DNA of 63,826 nt, counting the filler, from Octopus bimaculoides (Eukaryota): assembly GCF_001194135.2 (NCBI RefSeq). It is 6 parts of 4 records of this genome, joined end to end, with 100 filler letters (N's around TTAATTAATTAA, not from the genome) between each part and the next. Parts side by side here need not be neighbours in the genome. Positions count along the whole stretch, not along the records: positions 49,582 to 58,050 come from NC_068985.1; positions 58,151 to 60,288 come from NC_068987.1; positions 60,389 to 62,629 come from NW_026390926.1; positions 62,730 to 63,826 come from NW_026369875.1; 2 more parts are not named here. One strand, given 5' to 3'. Every line of letters starts with the position of its first letter. Positions within the stretch are counted from its first letter, which is position 1. The translations under genes were made by a program, and so were the position numbers. Under the pieces are notes generated by a model. It did not search any database. It saw nothing but the letters and a program-made list of their open reading frames with translations, and had not been told where the DNA came from. Positions 51,681 through 63,539 of the stretch are shown piece by piece.

Positions 51681-52389
51681 TCTTCTGCTCAATATTAATT
51701 AAAATATACATATACTCATATTTTGAGTACTATTTTTACCTGTTTGCATCATCGTACCTGTATGTATGTATGTATGAATATATGTGTGTGTATAGTCGCA
51801 GATATATAGAGATAAATGGCTGCATTTATCTTTTTGGAGGAAACATACAGCACACAAACAACTATGAATAAATATGTGTATCCCTGCATGTCAGAATGTG
51901 TGTGTTTCGCCTGTGTGTATGTGTGTATTTGTATGTCTGTGTATTTATATATTGAATATTAACGATGTGTGTACAAGATGACCTAACTATTTCTAGCTGT
52001 CTAAATGTTGTATATCCACCCATAGATAACGACGATTAAATCCTACAAAAATAGATGCCCACGACTTGCATGCTGTTATGATATTTCCACAGCCATCTGC
52101 TTGTAAAATCTACTTCCTTCATATCTGCTAAGTAGATTTCGGTATTTTAAAGATTCTGTACAATGGCCGTTTGTTATATCGCTTATCAAAATCAACCTGA
52201 TGATTTGATCTCATCATCCTCTTCTTTCATACGGTCCGCGTCCCAGAGCATACGAATAGAGTTATTTGTCGAAAATAATTGATGGTAATTTGCAACTAGT
52301 TCACTTGATATTAAATCAACTTAAAGTTTAGAGGTTTCAGAACTGTTGTTGACACTCAAATATATTCACGATAAGACTATCTCGGAAAA

Positions 52390-52800
52390 GTATGACCAAA
52401 GTGTTTTATTTAACGTTTGGCATACGGTTTCATTCAGCTTTCAGAACCACTGTGACATTCAAATGTATTCATAATACTAATACCACCATGTATGAACACC
52501 GTGTTTCATTTAACGTTTATACTGTTTCATTTAGCGCTCAGAGCCTTTGTGACCCACAAATAAATTCATAATAAACTTACACTGCAATGTATGAGCAGAG
52601 TGCTTCATTTAATGTTCGGTACACTGTTTCTTTTTGCCTTCAGAATATTTGTAACATTCAAATGTATTCCTGATAAAACTAATATTATAGTGTATAAACA
52701 TACAATTCCATTTAAGGTTTGAAGATTTCAAAACCACCGTTGCCTCTCAAATGTAACCGTGATAAAACTAACGCTGCAATGTATGAATAGACTGTTTCAG
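52390..52800 (+). repeat. Decayed about 100-bp tandem repeat, 4-5 units
   Basis: Unit starts at 52392, 52492, 52591, 52694 and 52783. Shared gtatga..gtg(t/c)tt(t/c)atttaa...cagaa...tgtgac/aacattcaaatgta...ataa(a/t)act. Confidence 0.75.
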
Positions 52801-53065
52801 ATTTAAATTCCGCAACCGATGTTGTTATTTTACACATAATATGAAGCAATATGAAAGAAGTGTAGCTGCTATTACTAGCAACTCTTTTGATTGCGTATAA
52901 GCAACTTACTACTGTACATAACACAATAGCCTAATTAGACTTATATATTAAAGAGGTTGAAACCTCTTGAAACAGATGCTTAAAAGGGAGACAATTAATG
53001 CCAAGACCATCACACTTGTTACTGTAATTGTCATTTTGTTGTCATTTTTTTATTATTAATTAATA

Positions 53066-53123
<58 letters not shown>

Positions 53124-53392
53124 ACGTATGCTGTATGACGCATGTATATATATATATATATATATATATANNNNNNNNNNNNNNNNNNNNNNNNNNNNNN
53201 NNNNNNNNNNNNNNNNNNNNNNNNNNNNNNNNNNNNNNNNNNNNNNNNNNNNNNNNNNNNNNNNNNNNNNNNNNNNNNNNNNNNNNNNNNNNNNNNNNNN
53301 NNNNNNNNNNNNNNNNNNNNNNNNNNNNNNNNNNNNNNNNNNNNNNNNNNNNNNNNNNNNNNNNNNNNNNNNNNNNNNNNNNNNNNNNNNNN

Positions 53393-53429
<37 letters not shown>

Positions 53430-53878
53430 ATATATAAATACATATAAATATAAACGTATGATGTATGATGCATATATATATCAAGTAGTTAGCGTGAAAA
53501 AACCTCATGAGGCTTTTTTCCTTATGTGGTTTTTTTCACGCTAACTACTTGATAAATTCTTATAAAGATTTTATCCTAACATTATATGTCTGTGTGTCTG
53601 TGTTAGTGCTTGTCTCCCAAAACCTCTTGACAAACAGTGTTGGTTTGTTTACGTCTCCATAGCTTACTGGTTCGACGAAGAGAGACCTATAGAATGAGTA
53701 CCAGGTTTAGAATAAAATATAGGTACTAGTGTTGAAATGTCCTACTAAACCCTTGAAGGCCGTGCCCCAGCATGACCGCATTCTAATGCAAATAAGTAAC
53801 AGATAAAAAGGTGTAAAATGTGACCTCTTAATATATCAGCAGCTAACATATAGGTAGGCAATCGCACAATTCATTCAG

Positions 53879-54077
53879 AGTTTTATTTACTTTCACAAAA
53901 CTATTTGTGTATCTGGACAAACAATTTAGTTCAGAAAATAGAGAAGGAGTGTTTACAATAAATGTGAACAGCATTGTGATCTGTACTTACATTTCCTACT
54001 CCACACCAAAATTTGATAATCGTATTCAAGGAATAATCCGTCTGTTATATAAATATGACCCACGTGACATTGTTGAG
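53879..54077 (+). CDS. Candidate N-terminal exon of the LRR gene (VLFTFTKLFVYLDKQF...LYKYDPRDIVE)
   Basis: Acceptor ttcattcag, donor GAG/gttagt, 199 nt open in AT-rich DNA, phase 2 to phase 0. No domain recognised. Confidence 0.45.
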
Positions 54078-57000
54078 GTTAGTTTGTGCTGTTTGAAATT
54101 TTGCAATTTCTCAGAAATTGAAAGATTTTACCGGGAATTCTCAACAAACGTACAAACATATGATTGGACGTGTGTGCGTCTGTATGTCTCTCTGTGTCTG
54201 TGTTGAAATGTCCAACTAAATCCTTGAAAGCCGTGCCTGTGTGTATATGTGTGTATATGTGTGTCCAGCTTACATAAATTATTATCGTTTTAAATACAAT
54301 CTAAACGAAGTTTAAGGTTAAAATGATAATAAAGATAAAATGAGTACATATTTAACCGGTGTAATAGTTAAAGCTATACTATTTTGTCCCTAATATTACA
54401 TATATANNNNNNNNNNNNNNNNNNNNNNNNNNNNNNNNNNNNNNNNNNNNNNNNNNNNNNNNNNNNNNNNNNNNNNNNNNNNNNNNNNNNNNNNNNNNNN
54501 NNNNNNNNNNNNNNNNNNNNNNNNNNNNNNNNNNNNNNNNNNNNNNNNNNNNNNNNNNNNNNNNNNNNNNNNNNNNNNNNNNNNNNNNNNNNNNNNNNNN
54601 NNNNNNNNNNNNNNNNNNNNNNNNNNNNNNNNNNNNNNNNNNNNNNNNNNNNNNNNNNNNNNNNNNNNNNNNNNNNNNNNNNNNNNNNNNNNNNNNNNNN
54701 NNNNNNNNNNNNNNNNNNNNNNNNNNNNNNNNNNNNNNNNNNNNNNNNNNNNNNNNNNNNNNNNNNNNNNNNNNNNNNNNNNNNNNNNNNNNNNNNNNNN
54801 NNNNNNNNNNNNNNNNNNNNNNNNNNNNNNNNNNNNNNNNNNNNNNNNNNNNNNNNNNNNNNNNNNNNNNNNNNNNNNNNNNNNNNNNNNNNNNNNNNNN
54901 NNNNNNNNNNNNNNNNNNNNNNNNNNNNNNNNNNNNNNNNNNNNNNNNNNNNNNNNNNNNNNNNNNNNNNNNNNNNNNNNNNNNNNNNNNNNNNNNNNNN
55001 NNNNNNNNNNNNNNNNNNNNNNNNNNNNNNNNNNNNNNNNNNNNNNNNNNNNNNNNNNNNNNNNNNNNNNNNNNNNNNNNNNNNNNNNNNNNNNNNNNNN
55101 NNNNNNNNTCCAGCTTACATAAATTATTATCGTTTTAAATACAATCTAAACGAAGTTTAAGGTTAAAATAATAATAAAGATAAAATTAGTACATATTTAA
55201 CCGGTGTAATTGTTAAAGCTATACTATTTAAAACTAAAAACGTTAATTTAATTATCATTAAAAATCAATTGAACAATAGAAAAATACAATAATACTATTT
55301 CTACAAACGTAGAAATAAAAATAAAAATATGAATGAAAAAATTATGAATGAAAAAATTAAGAATGAAAAATATTATTAAGAATAAAAGATTAAACTTTAT
55401 ATATACTAAGTTTTAATTTCAAAAACCTTTAACGATATTATAAACAATAAAGACTAATTATTAATCAAATATTATTAATAAAAAATAATCGAAAATATAT
55501 CAACACTATTCAAATCGTGGTCTTATATTATATTGAAATGATACTATAACTTCTAAATAATTTAGTGTTAAATAAGTTATCTATTAAAAATAATCTTTAA
55601 AAAAACAAATGAATAATATAAAAAACAAGAATACATATTATTTTCAAATAGTAGAAAATCGTTTAGCAAAGTAAAAACAGTACTTATCCATATTTTTCCG
55701 TAATTCAAATTGAATTACGGAAAAATGCCTAGCAAAATGCCTAGGACATCTTGGTATATCTAGTGGGATATCCTCTTCATTATGCATGAACAAGATGTGA
55801 CACAGGCTTCATAGTTTAATGCAACACGATAAAAATGCACAAAACCTACCTATAACGGACAGTCTCAAGATGGATCGAACGATCGTTGTACAGAATAAAG
55901 ACTTGTGCTACATCTACCTTCTGTTTCCTTCATCAATTATTATTATGTATATATACCTATGTGTGGGTGTGTAATTTTTCATGAGGTTAGTGCTTTTGTG
56001 TGGCTGTTCGAGTTATATTTTAGTTCTCATTTCTAGCATGTGTAGGTGCTATTTTGAACCGTCATTTATTAGTTTTACCTTTTTGGTTTTAATTGCCATA
56101 GCCACTTATATTATACTGTATTTAATATATCTTAATATGTTAATATATTATTATAATATCATATTGTATGTCAGTATAGACTTTGATCGTTTTAAATTTT
56201 AGCGCTCGCTTTTCAACGGTTTTTTTTTCACAAGAACGAATGGGAGTAATTTAACTCGGAGTAACTGTGGAAGCCTCTGACAAGAAACAAGATCATATTG
56301 ACCAAATTTCGAAATCACATGATAAGATTTTATCAAACTACTTCATACCAGGGTATGCGAACAACGAGAGAAACAAATGGAAAACAAGACAAGTAACATA
56401 AATAACGATCCTTCATCAGTTGTCGGCTATTTATCTACTCCACATTTCGAGCAATTCATGACAATATGTGGCTTCGAAAAACAGTTGCTCACGCGAACCA
56501 GAAGGAAAATTTGGGCTTTATGGAGGGTCAAAGCTGGTAACAATAACTGGACAGTGGAGACATACAACAAACCAAGCGGAAACAAACAGGGAGGGTCGTT
56601 AGGCCAGACGAGGTAAGGTAGCGCACTGGAGGAATATTCTTTGATGAGAGAAAAGATAGGAGAGGAGATACATAAGAATGCATCTGTTCCGTGCGACAGG
56701 ATGATGGAAAAGAAAGATGATCACATGAGGAAAAGAAAGATGGACGATCGTCACGTGTGAGCAACGAGAGAGAGAGATAGTAATGGAGGAAGAGGGAGAG
56801 ACAGAGAGACAGATAGAAAACGGAGAACGGGAGAAAAAGAGAATTAAAGAAGGGATGAGAGAGAAAAAAATGAAAGGGGAGAAAGGAGAAAAAAGAATTA
56901 GAGAAAGGATGAGAGAGAAAATGAAAAGGGTAGGGTCACATCAAAATTATTAAGATAAACTTACTCGGAAATGGATGCGTGACGTTCAATCATATAATTA

Positions 57001-57189
57001 TATAAATAAATAATAATTATATAAATGCATATATACATACATATATGTACATACTTACATATATATGTATGTATATGAATATATGAGTACAGGACATCAA
57101 AAAACGTAAACAACATGAAATACGACGGCAAACTAAGCAAATAAATCAATAAAAATACATAAAAGAATAACTAGTAAATGGTATGAAAT

Positions 57190-57317
57190 GACTACGCACG
57201 TTTCATGGCTATATTTTCAAATAGATAACTACTAAAACCAATTCAATTAATAATTCGATTAATAATCAAATCGATCTACAGTTAAATCTATTCAAAAATA
57301 TAGTCACTCGTCAGGTC
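57190..57317 (-). ncRNA. Type I hammerhead motif with long stem II
   Basis: gac-CTGACGA-gtgactatatttttgaatagat...atctatttgaaaatatagccat-GAAA-C-GTGC-G-TA-gtc. The core is intact, but stem I is only 3 bp. Confidence 0.62.
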
Positions 57318-57566
57318 TAAAATAAAAATAATAATAATAAAAATCAATGTACGTATTGTAACTTATACTAAATATCTAAATATCTAAAAAACAATGTTTA
57401 TTTTAACAATAAATAAATAAAAAATCGAAAAACATTAAACAATATTTCGTATTGAATTATTTAATAGTGTTTTTTCTTTAAATTATAAACATATATTTTA
57501 TATTGGGAAATTTGATTTAGTATTGCTAAATTGAATTTTTCCCTGTAAGTCTTGGAATTTATGCCC

Positions 57567-57628
<62 letters not shown>

Positions 57629-57698
57629 CATACAGAGAGAAATAAGAGACAATTTAAAATAATAGTTCTTGCATATTTTTGCATTATTGGAGCAAATT

Positions 57699-57821
57699 GG
57701 GTTACAGCTGTATCCAGTAGTCATTATAAGTTAATTATTGTTAGGTTTACTCAATTGGTCTATTGATCAAATGTGGTAAATTGAATGACCTGAGAAAATT
57801 AATGCTACTTTCATCAGAGCC
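57699..57821 (-). ncRNA. Decayed type I hammerhead motif
   Basis: ggct-CTGATGA-aagtagcatt...aatgactactg-GATA-CAGCTG-TA-accc. GAAA has become GATA; stem III is palindromic. Confidence 0.45.
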
Positions 57822-57988
57822 ATTTCTGGTTATTATATAACCTTGGCTATATGTATTCTACCATACCTCTGGGCTATCCAGTGGCTTCTAAATGGATTTA
57901 GCAGACGGAAACTGAAAGAATCCCATTGTATATGCATATCTATTTATCTCTCTTTCTATTTATCGATCAATCCCTCTCTCTCGATATG

Positions 57989-58050
<62 letters not shown>

Positions 58051-58150
58051 NNNNNNNNNNNNNNNNNNNNNNNNNNNNNNNNNNNNNNNNNNNNTTAATT
58101 AATTAANNNNNNNNNNNNNNNNNNNNNNNNNNNNNNNNNNNNNNNNNNNN

Positions 58151-59104
58151 AGTTCTAAGGCCACAAAAGCTGCTCGCGACTTTTGTGCTGTGTATGGAGA
58201 GGGTGCCGTAACTGAAAGAACCGCTCGTGATTGGTATGCAAAGTTCAAAAATGGAAATTTTGACCTCAAAGACGCACCTCATCCTGGCCGTCCAGTTGAG
58301 TTCGATGAGGAGCGATTAAACCAACTTTTGTACGAAAATTCTCGTCAAGCGACAAGAGATCTGGCAGAGAAAATGGAATGCTCCCACACTGCTATAGAGA
58401 AGCATCTTCACTCGATGGGAAAGGTTCAGAAGTATGAAGCATGGGTTTTGCATGCTTTAAGTGACCACAACAAAAATCAACGAGCCACAATCTCCACTGG
58501 TTTGCTTGACCGTCACTGCTCAACTCATGGACAAAAGCAACGATTTCTTTACCGAATCGTTACTGGTGACGAAAAATGGTACCTGTAAATCAATATGAAG
58601 AAGCATAAGGAATAGCTTAGCCCCGGTAAACAAGCGACACCGAGCGTGAAACAAGATCTTCATCCGCGTAAAACGATGTTGTGCGTATGGTGGAACTGGG
58701 AAGGGATTATCCATTACGAATTGCTTGAACGGAACCAAACGGTCAACACGGAACTCTATGCTCAACAGATGGAAAGACTCAACACGGCTATTCAAGAAAA
58801 AAGACCTCTAATTGGCAGCATGGAGTTCTTCTGCTGCACTACAACGCCCACCCTCATACCGCCAATATGACCAAGGAAGCCATTCAAACGCATAGCTAGG
58901 AAGTACTGCCATACCCACCGTACTCTCCTGAGTTGGCACCAACGGATTTCCTCCGCTTTCGATCTCTTTCAATTTTTCGTGACTTTGGGAAGTTGTAAAC
59001 AACAAGGGTGAATACATTATTGATTAATTAGTTGTTATTTTTTATTAAAACTTTTTAAAAAAATTAATTTAAGTAAACGGCGGGAACTTAGTTGACAACC
59101 TAAT
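58151..59104 (+). mobile_element. Mariner transposon, transposase pseudogene with right TIR
   Basis: WYAKFKNGNFDLKDAPHPGRP, RIVTGDEKW, LHPRKTMLCVWWNWEG, HPPYSPELAPTDF. TIR ggcgggaacttagttgacaaccta-ata. Stops are present, and the left end is in a gap. Confidence 0.93.
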
Positions 59105-59152
59105 ATTATTGTGCATTGTTGTTCCATTCAAAACATTTTATTCTTTATATAC

Positions 59153-59580
59153 AGGCGCAGGAGTGGCTGTGTGGTAAGTAGCTTGCTTACCAACCACATG
59201 GTACCGGGTTCAGTCCCACTGCGTGGCACCTTGAGCAAGTGTCTTCTACTATAGCCTCGGCCCGACCAAAGCCTTGTGAGTGGATTTGGTAGACGGAAAC
59301 TGGAAGAAGCCCGTCGTATATGTATATATATATATATGTGTGTGTATGTGTGTGTATATGTTTGTGTGCCTGTTTGCCCCCCCCCAGCATCGCTTGACAA
59401 CCGATGGTGGTGTGTTTACGTCCCCGTAACTTAGCGGTTTCGCAAAAGAGATCGATAGAATAAGTACTAGGCTTCCAAAGAATAAGCTCTGAGGTCAATT
59501 TGCTCAACTATAAAGGCGGTGCTCCAGCATGGCCGCAGTGAAATGACAGAAGCAAATAAAAGAGTTAAAGAGTAAAAGAG
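59153..59580 (+). mobile_element. Full-length tRNA-derived SINE family B (head, internal microsatellite, tail)
   Basis: A-box-like tggctgtgtggt, B box gggttcagtccc, tail ending aaagagtaaaagag. Confidence 0.9.
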
Positions 59581-59621
59581 TATATACATACATACATACA
59601 TACATACATACATACACACAC

Positions 59622-59657
<36 letters not shown>

Positions 59658-60252
59658 TACAATTAACAAATTAATACCTTAAGACATTTGAAAATAACAC
59701 GTCATACTTTTGCCGGCGGAAGTAAAAGAAGACTCCTAAATGTCATCAATACTTTTATTGCTTCAGTACATCAACATCCGAGCTACTTAGCTTATAAACA
59801 GCGAGACACATTTACCATTTCTTTAAACAACCAATCAGAAAAATATCTCGTTATCTAATATAACGCTTACATTTGACAGCCAGAAACACAATTTGTATCC
59901 GGAGGTGGAATGTATCATTTACAAATTTATTTCAAAACGGGGTTTAAATATCTTTGCAAGTATCAATATATATTAATATGTGTATGCATGTGTACACGTG
60001 TCTATTTGTATTTATATATACATATGTATATGCGTAGAAAAAAAAAGAAATCTCTTTAACAACTCCCAATAATGACTTTTATTACCTTTATTCCTACCTC
60101 GGTTCATCTAATTGTATATATATATCGTTACTTTTCATAAAAAGCCTTACCGTCTTTTTGATTCCCAATGTGCATTTTCTCTTATTTTTCTGCTTACTTT
60201 CCCCTTACATTTCCACGTGTAGTTTGTATTTTGTTTTTTTAACATATTTCTG

Positions 60253-60288
<36 letters not shown>

Positions 60289-60612
60289 NNNNNNNNNNNN
60301 NNNNNNNNNNNNNNNNNNNNNNNNNNNNNNNNTTAATTAATTAANNNNNNNNNNNNNNNNNNNNNNNNNNNNNNNNNNNNNNNNNNNNCTGTTTCTCCCC
60401 CTGTTTGTGTTTTGTGTGTCTATATATGTATATATATTGTATTATATACACTTTATATATACTTTATCGGATGAATGTATGTTCGTCCTTTAATTGGAAT
60501 TGTTTTTTTCTTATATTTCTAATGTCTTTTTTTCATAATTTACTTTTGAATTATTTCTTTAAAAAGTCGTTTAGGTATGAAAGCTTGTATTGAAATAATC
60601 AATATATTACAG

Positions 60613-60653
60613 GAACTTATTAAACAAAGTTCTACAAATTCATTCATATTTAT
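60613..60653 (+). CDS. Candidate short linker exon of the LRR gene (ELIKQSSTNSFIF)
   Basis: tattacag acceptor, gtaatg donor. Phase 0 to phase 2 bridges the 53879 exon to the first LRR exon and gives F-x-x-M-x-L-x-x-N. Speculative. Confidence 0.25.
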
Positions 60654-60831
60654 GTAATGAAGGAGATTTGATTGCCCCCCCCCCTCTTACTTCACCAGCT
60701 TGTATCAAATTTTAAACGTTTTGCTTGTAATTTCTTTCACATCACGTTTTTCTTTAATTCTGTTTGATCTTCTGTTTTGCATAAAGAATCAGGTCGTTAT
60801 AAATTCTACTTAAATCCATTAATTTTGACAG

Positions 60832-60903
60832 GAGTTTGGAAGGTAACGAACTCAAGGAGATCAAAGCAGAAACATTTCAAGATCTTTCCAGTTTAACACG
60901 CTT
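60832..60903 (+). CDS. Leucine-rich repeat exon (SLEGNELKEIKAETFQDLSSLTRL)
   Basis: Exactly 72 nt, phase 2 to phase 2, ttttgacag and gtaagt splice sites, typical LRR consensus. This architecture is seen in LGR/GRL101-type receptors and Slit-like proteins. Confidence 0.9.
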
Positions 60904-61109
60904 GTAAGTTCAATCAGTGTTTTGCACTACTTCATTGGCGATGTATTGCTGAATATGTAATGTGGTCTCATACTTCCTTTTAATCTCTAAATACCTATAA
61001 ATCTTAATACTTGTAAATCGGTTGAGGAATCTGTTCGTTAAACATAAACAGTGTCACTACTTTGTCCTTGAATCAATTCTTCTTCTTTCATCTTCTGTCT
61101 CCTCCTCTT

Positions 61110-61172
61110 TTTCTTCTTCTTCTTCTTCTTCTTCTTCTTCTTCTTCTTCTTCTTCTTCTTCTTCTTCTTCTT
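61110..61172. repeat. (TTC)n microsatellite
   Basis: Direct reading. Confidence 0.95.
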
Positions 61173-61289
61173 CTACTTTGCTCATTCTTCATATGATTAG
61201 TGCAAACGTGTTTATAGTTTTGTGTGTGTCTGTATGTTGGGGATGGACGTATCTATATTTATAAAAATACGTTTGCACTTACCGTTTCT

Positions 61290-61500
61290 ACTCTAGGCAC
61301 AAGGTCCGAAATTTTGGAGGAGGGGAGCAGTTGATTAGATGGACCCCAGTACGCAACTGGTACTTTATTTACCGACTCCGAAAGGATAAAAGGCAAAGTC
61401 AATTTCGGCGGTGAAATTTAAACTCAGAACGTAAAGATAGACGAAATACCACTAAGCATTTTGCCCGGCGTACAAACGTGTCTGCCAGCTCACTACCTTC
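61290..61500 (-). mobile_element. SINE family A
   Basis: Reverse complement of the family A consensus seen at 50113. Confidence 0.85.
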
Positions 61501-62571
61501 ATGTTTGCACTTATCAGAAGATGAATGACAAGCAGAAGAAGAAGAAGAAGAAGAGATGATGATGATGATGAAGACTAAGAAGGAGGAAGAGGAGCTGCAT
61601 CAGAAGCAGCAGAAGCAGAAGAGGACTAGGAGGAGAAGGAGGTGGCAGAAACAGAAGAAGGAGTTGGAGGAGGAGAAAAAGAAGAAGAGCAAGAACAATA
61701 ACNNNNNNNNNNNNNNNNNNNNNNNNNNNNNNNNNNNNNNNNNNNNNNNNNNNNNNNNNNNNNNNNNNNNNNNNNNNNNNNNNNNNNNNNNNNNNNNNNN
61801 NNNNNNNNNNNNNNNNNNNNNNNNNNNNNNNNNNNNNNNNNNNNNNNNNNNNNNNNNNNNNNNNNNNNNNNNNNNNNNNNNNNNNNNNNNNNNNNNNNNN
61901 NNNNNNNNNNNNNNNNNNNNNNNNNNNNNNNNNNNNNNNNNNNNNNNNNNNNNNNNNNNNNNNNNNNNNNNNNNNNNNNNNNNNNNNNNNNNNNNNNNNN
62001 NNNNNNNNNNNNNNNNNNNNNNNNNNNNNNNNNNNNNNNNNNNNNNNNNNNNNNNNNNNNNNNNNNNNNNNNNNNNNNNNNNNNNNNNNNNNNNNNNNNN
62101 NNNNNNNNNNNNNNNNNNNNNNNNNNNNNNNNNNNNNNNNNNNNNNNNNNNNNNNNNNNNNNNNNNNNNNNNNNNNNNNNNNNNNNNNNNNNNNNNNNNN
62201 NNNNNNNNNNNNNNNNNNNNNNNNNNNNNNNNNNNNNNNNNNNNNNNNNGCCATACTTATTGTCATTAGCATCGTTACAATGAACTTCATCACCATCATT
62301 AGCAACAACATTAACTCCATCACATCCACACCACCACGACCACCTCCATCACCATCCTTCTCCTCAACTTCATTCCCTCATTCTCAAAATTATTATCATC
62401 ATTCTCATCTATTTTCTTTCTCCTACATCACGTAATTGTTTAACAATATTTTACAGTTTATCAGAAAACACTTCTCATCATCTTATTTTGTAAACATTTC
62501 ACTGATAATGATATATTTTACCATAATGTTCCTCTCTACGTTATCATATCAACTAATATTTTATTTTACAG

Positions 62572-62629
62572 ATATTTGTATAAAAATAAACTCAACAAAA
62601 TTCACGTTGGAACATTCGATGATCTGTCC
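62572..62629 (+). CDS. Leucine-rich repeat exon truncated by an N gap (YLYKNKLNKIHVGTFDDLS...)
   Basis: Acceptor ttttattttacag. Phase 2 joins TT|A (Leu) from the previous exon. LRR consensus; expected end about 62643, inside the gap. Confidence 0.88.
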
Positions 62630-62737
62630 NNNNNNNNNNNNNNNNNNNNNNNNNNNNNNNNNNNNNNNNNNNNTTAATTAATTAANNNNNNNNNNNNNNN
62701 NNNNNNNNNNNNNNNNNNNNNNNNNNNNNTATATATA

Positions 62738-62901
62738 CGATGGGCTTCTTTCAGTTTCCGTCTACCAAATCCACTCACAAGGCTTTGGTCGGCCCGAGGC
62801 TATAGTAGAAGACACTTGCCCAAGGTGCCACGCAGTGGGACTGAACCCGGAACCATGTGATTGGTAAGCAAGCTACTTACCACAAAACCACTCCTGTGCC
62901 T
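62738..62901 (-). mobile_element. SINE family B head
   Basis: Close reverse complement of 59153-59317. Confidence 0.9.
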
Positions 62902-62924
62902 ATTCACAGTTTTGAAATACGATC

Positions 62925-63075
62925 TCTAACTGAGGAGGGCACCTGTGGAAGAGGTCGACACCCAGGAAGACATGGGACGAGGTGGTGAAGCATGACCCCG
63001 AAAGGTCGGGCCTCACAGAGGCCATGACAAATGACCAAGACCTTTGGCAAAATGTTGTGCTTGAGAAGACTCACC
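62925..63075 (+). mobile_element. RTE-LINE 3' ORF fragment
   Basis: gagggcacctgtggaagaggtcgac..aggaagacatgggacgagg (GRGRP.KTWDEV). Confidence 0.8.
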
Positions 63076-63089
63076 GTCTGTTATATTGT

Positions 63090-63235
63090 GTTAGAACTGT
63101 AAGTTTAAATTCCGCCGAGGTTGACTTTGCCGTCCATCCTTTCAGCGTCGATAAATCAAATACCAGTGAAACACTGGGGTTGATGTAATTCTCCCCAAAT
63201 TTCAGGCCTTGTGCTTTTAGTAGAAAGGATCATTA
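63090..63235 (+). mobile_element. SINE family A, partial
   Basis: aaattccgccgaggttgactttgccgtccatcctttcagcgtcgataaa. Confidence 0.8.
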
Positions 63236-63236
63236 C

Positions 63237-63272
<36 letters not shown>

Positions 63273-63539
63273 AAGAAATCTTCAATATCACCATTAATAA
63301 CTACTATTATTAAAGAATTTACCATCATCATTATTGAAAGAATTTGTTATTATTATTATTATTATTACTGAATGAATTTGTTGTTGTTGTTGCTGTTGTT
63401 GTTATGGCTGATTGAATGGACCATTGAATGCAAGGCTTCAGTCAGTGACTGTGACATTTAACTGAGCCTGTCTATAGGCCTCAATGCCGAAATGAGAAAA
63501 CTCTCATATTCGTTTTCCACAATCATTGTAATAACTTGG

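Noticed and set aside
52197-52251. Minus-strand ORF MLWDADRMKEEDDEIKSS as a distal CDC14 exon 1
   Set aside because: It is phase-compatible and gives the expected Asp, but the donor (gttgat) is weak and there is no sequence similarity.
54268-55230. About 120-bp direct repeat flanking the 54407-55108 gap
   Set aside because: Overlapping contig ends across a gap are most likely an assembly artefact or haplotype overlap.
55692-55726. 16-bp perfect hairpin
   Set aside because: Isolated and AT-rich, probably part of an unclassified repeat. No function can be supported.
29722-62685. TTAATTAATTAA recurring in the middle of N runs (29722, 49526, 58095, 60333, 62674)
   Set aside because: It is identical each time and centred in 100-bp gaps. 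It is an assembly spacer with stops in all six frames, not biology.
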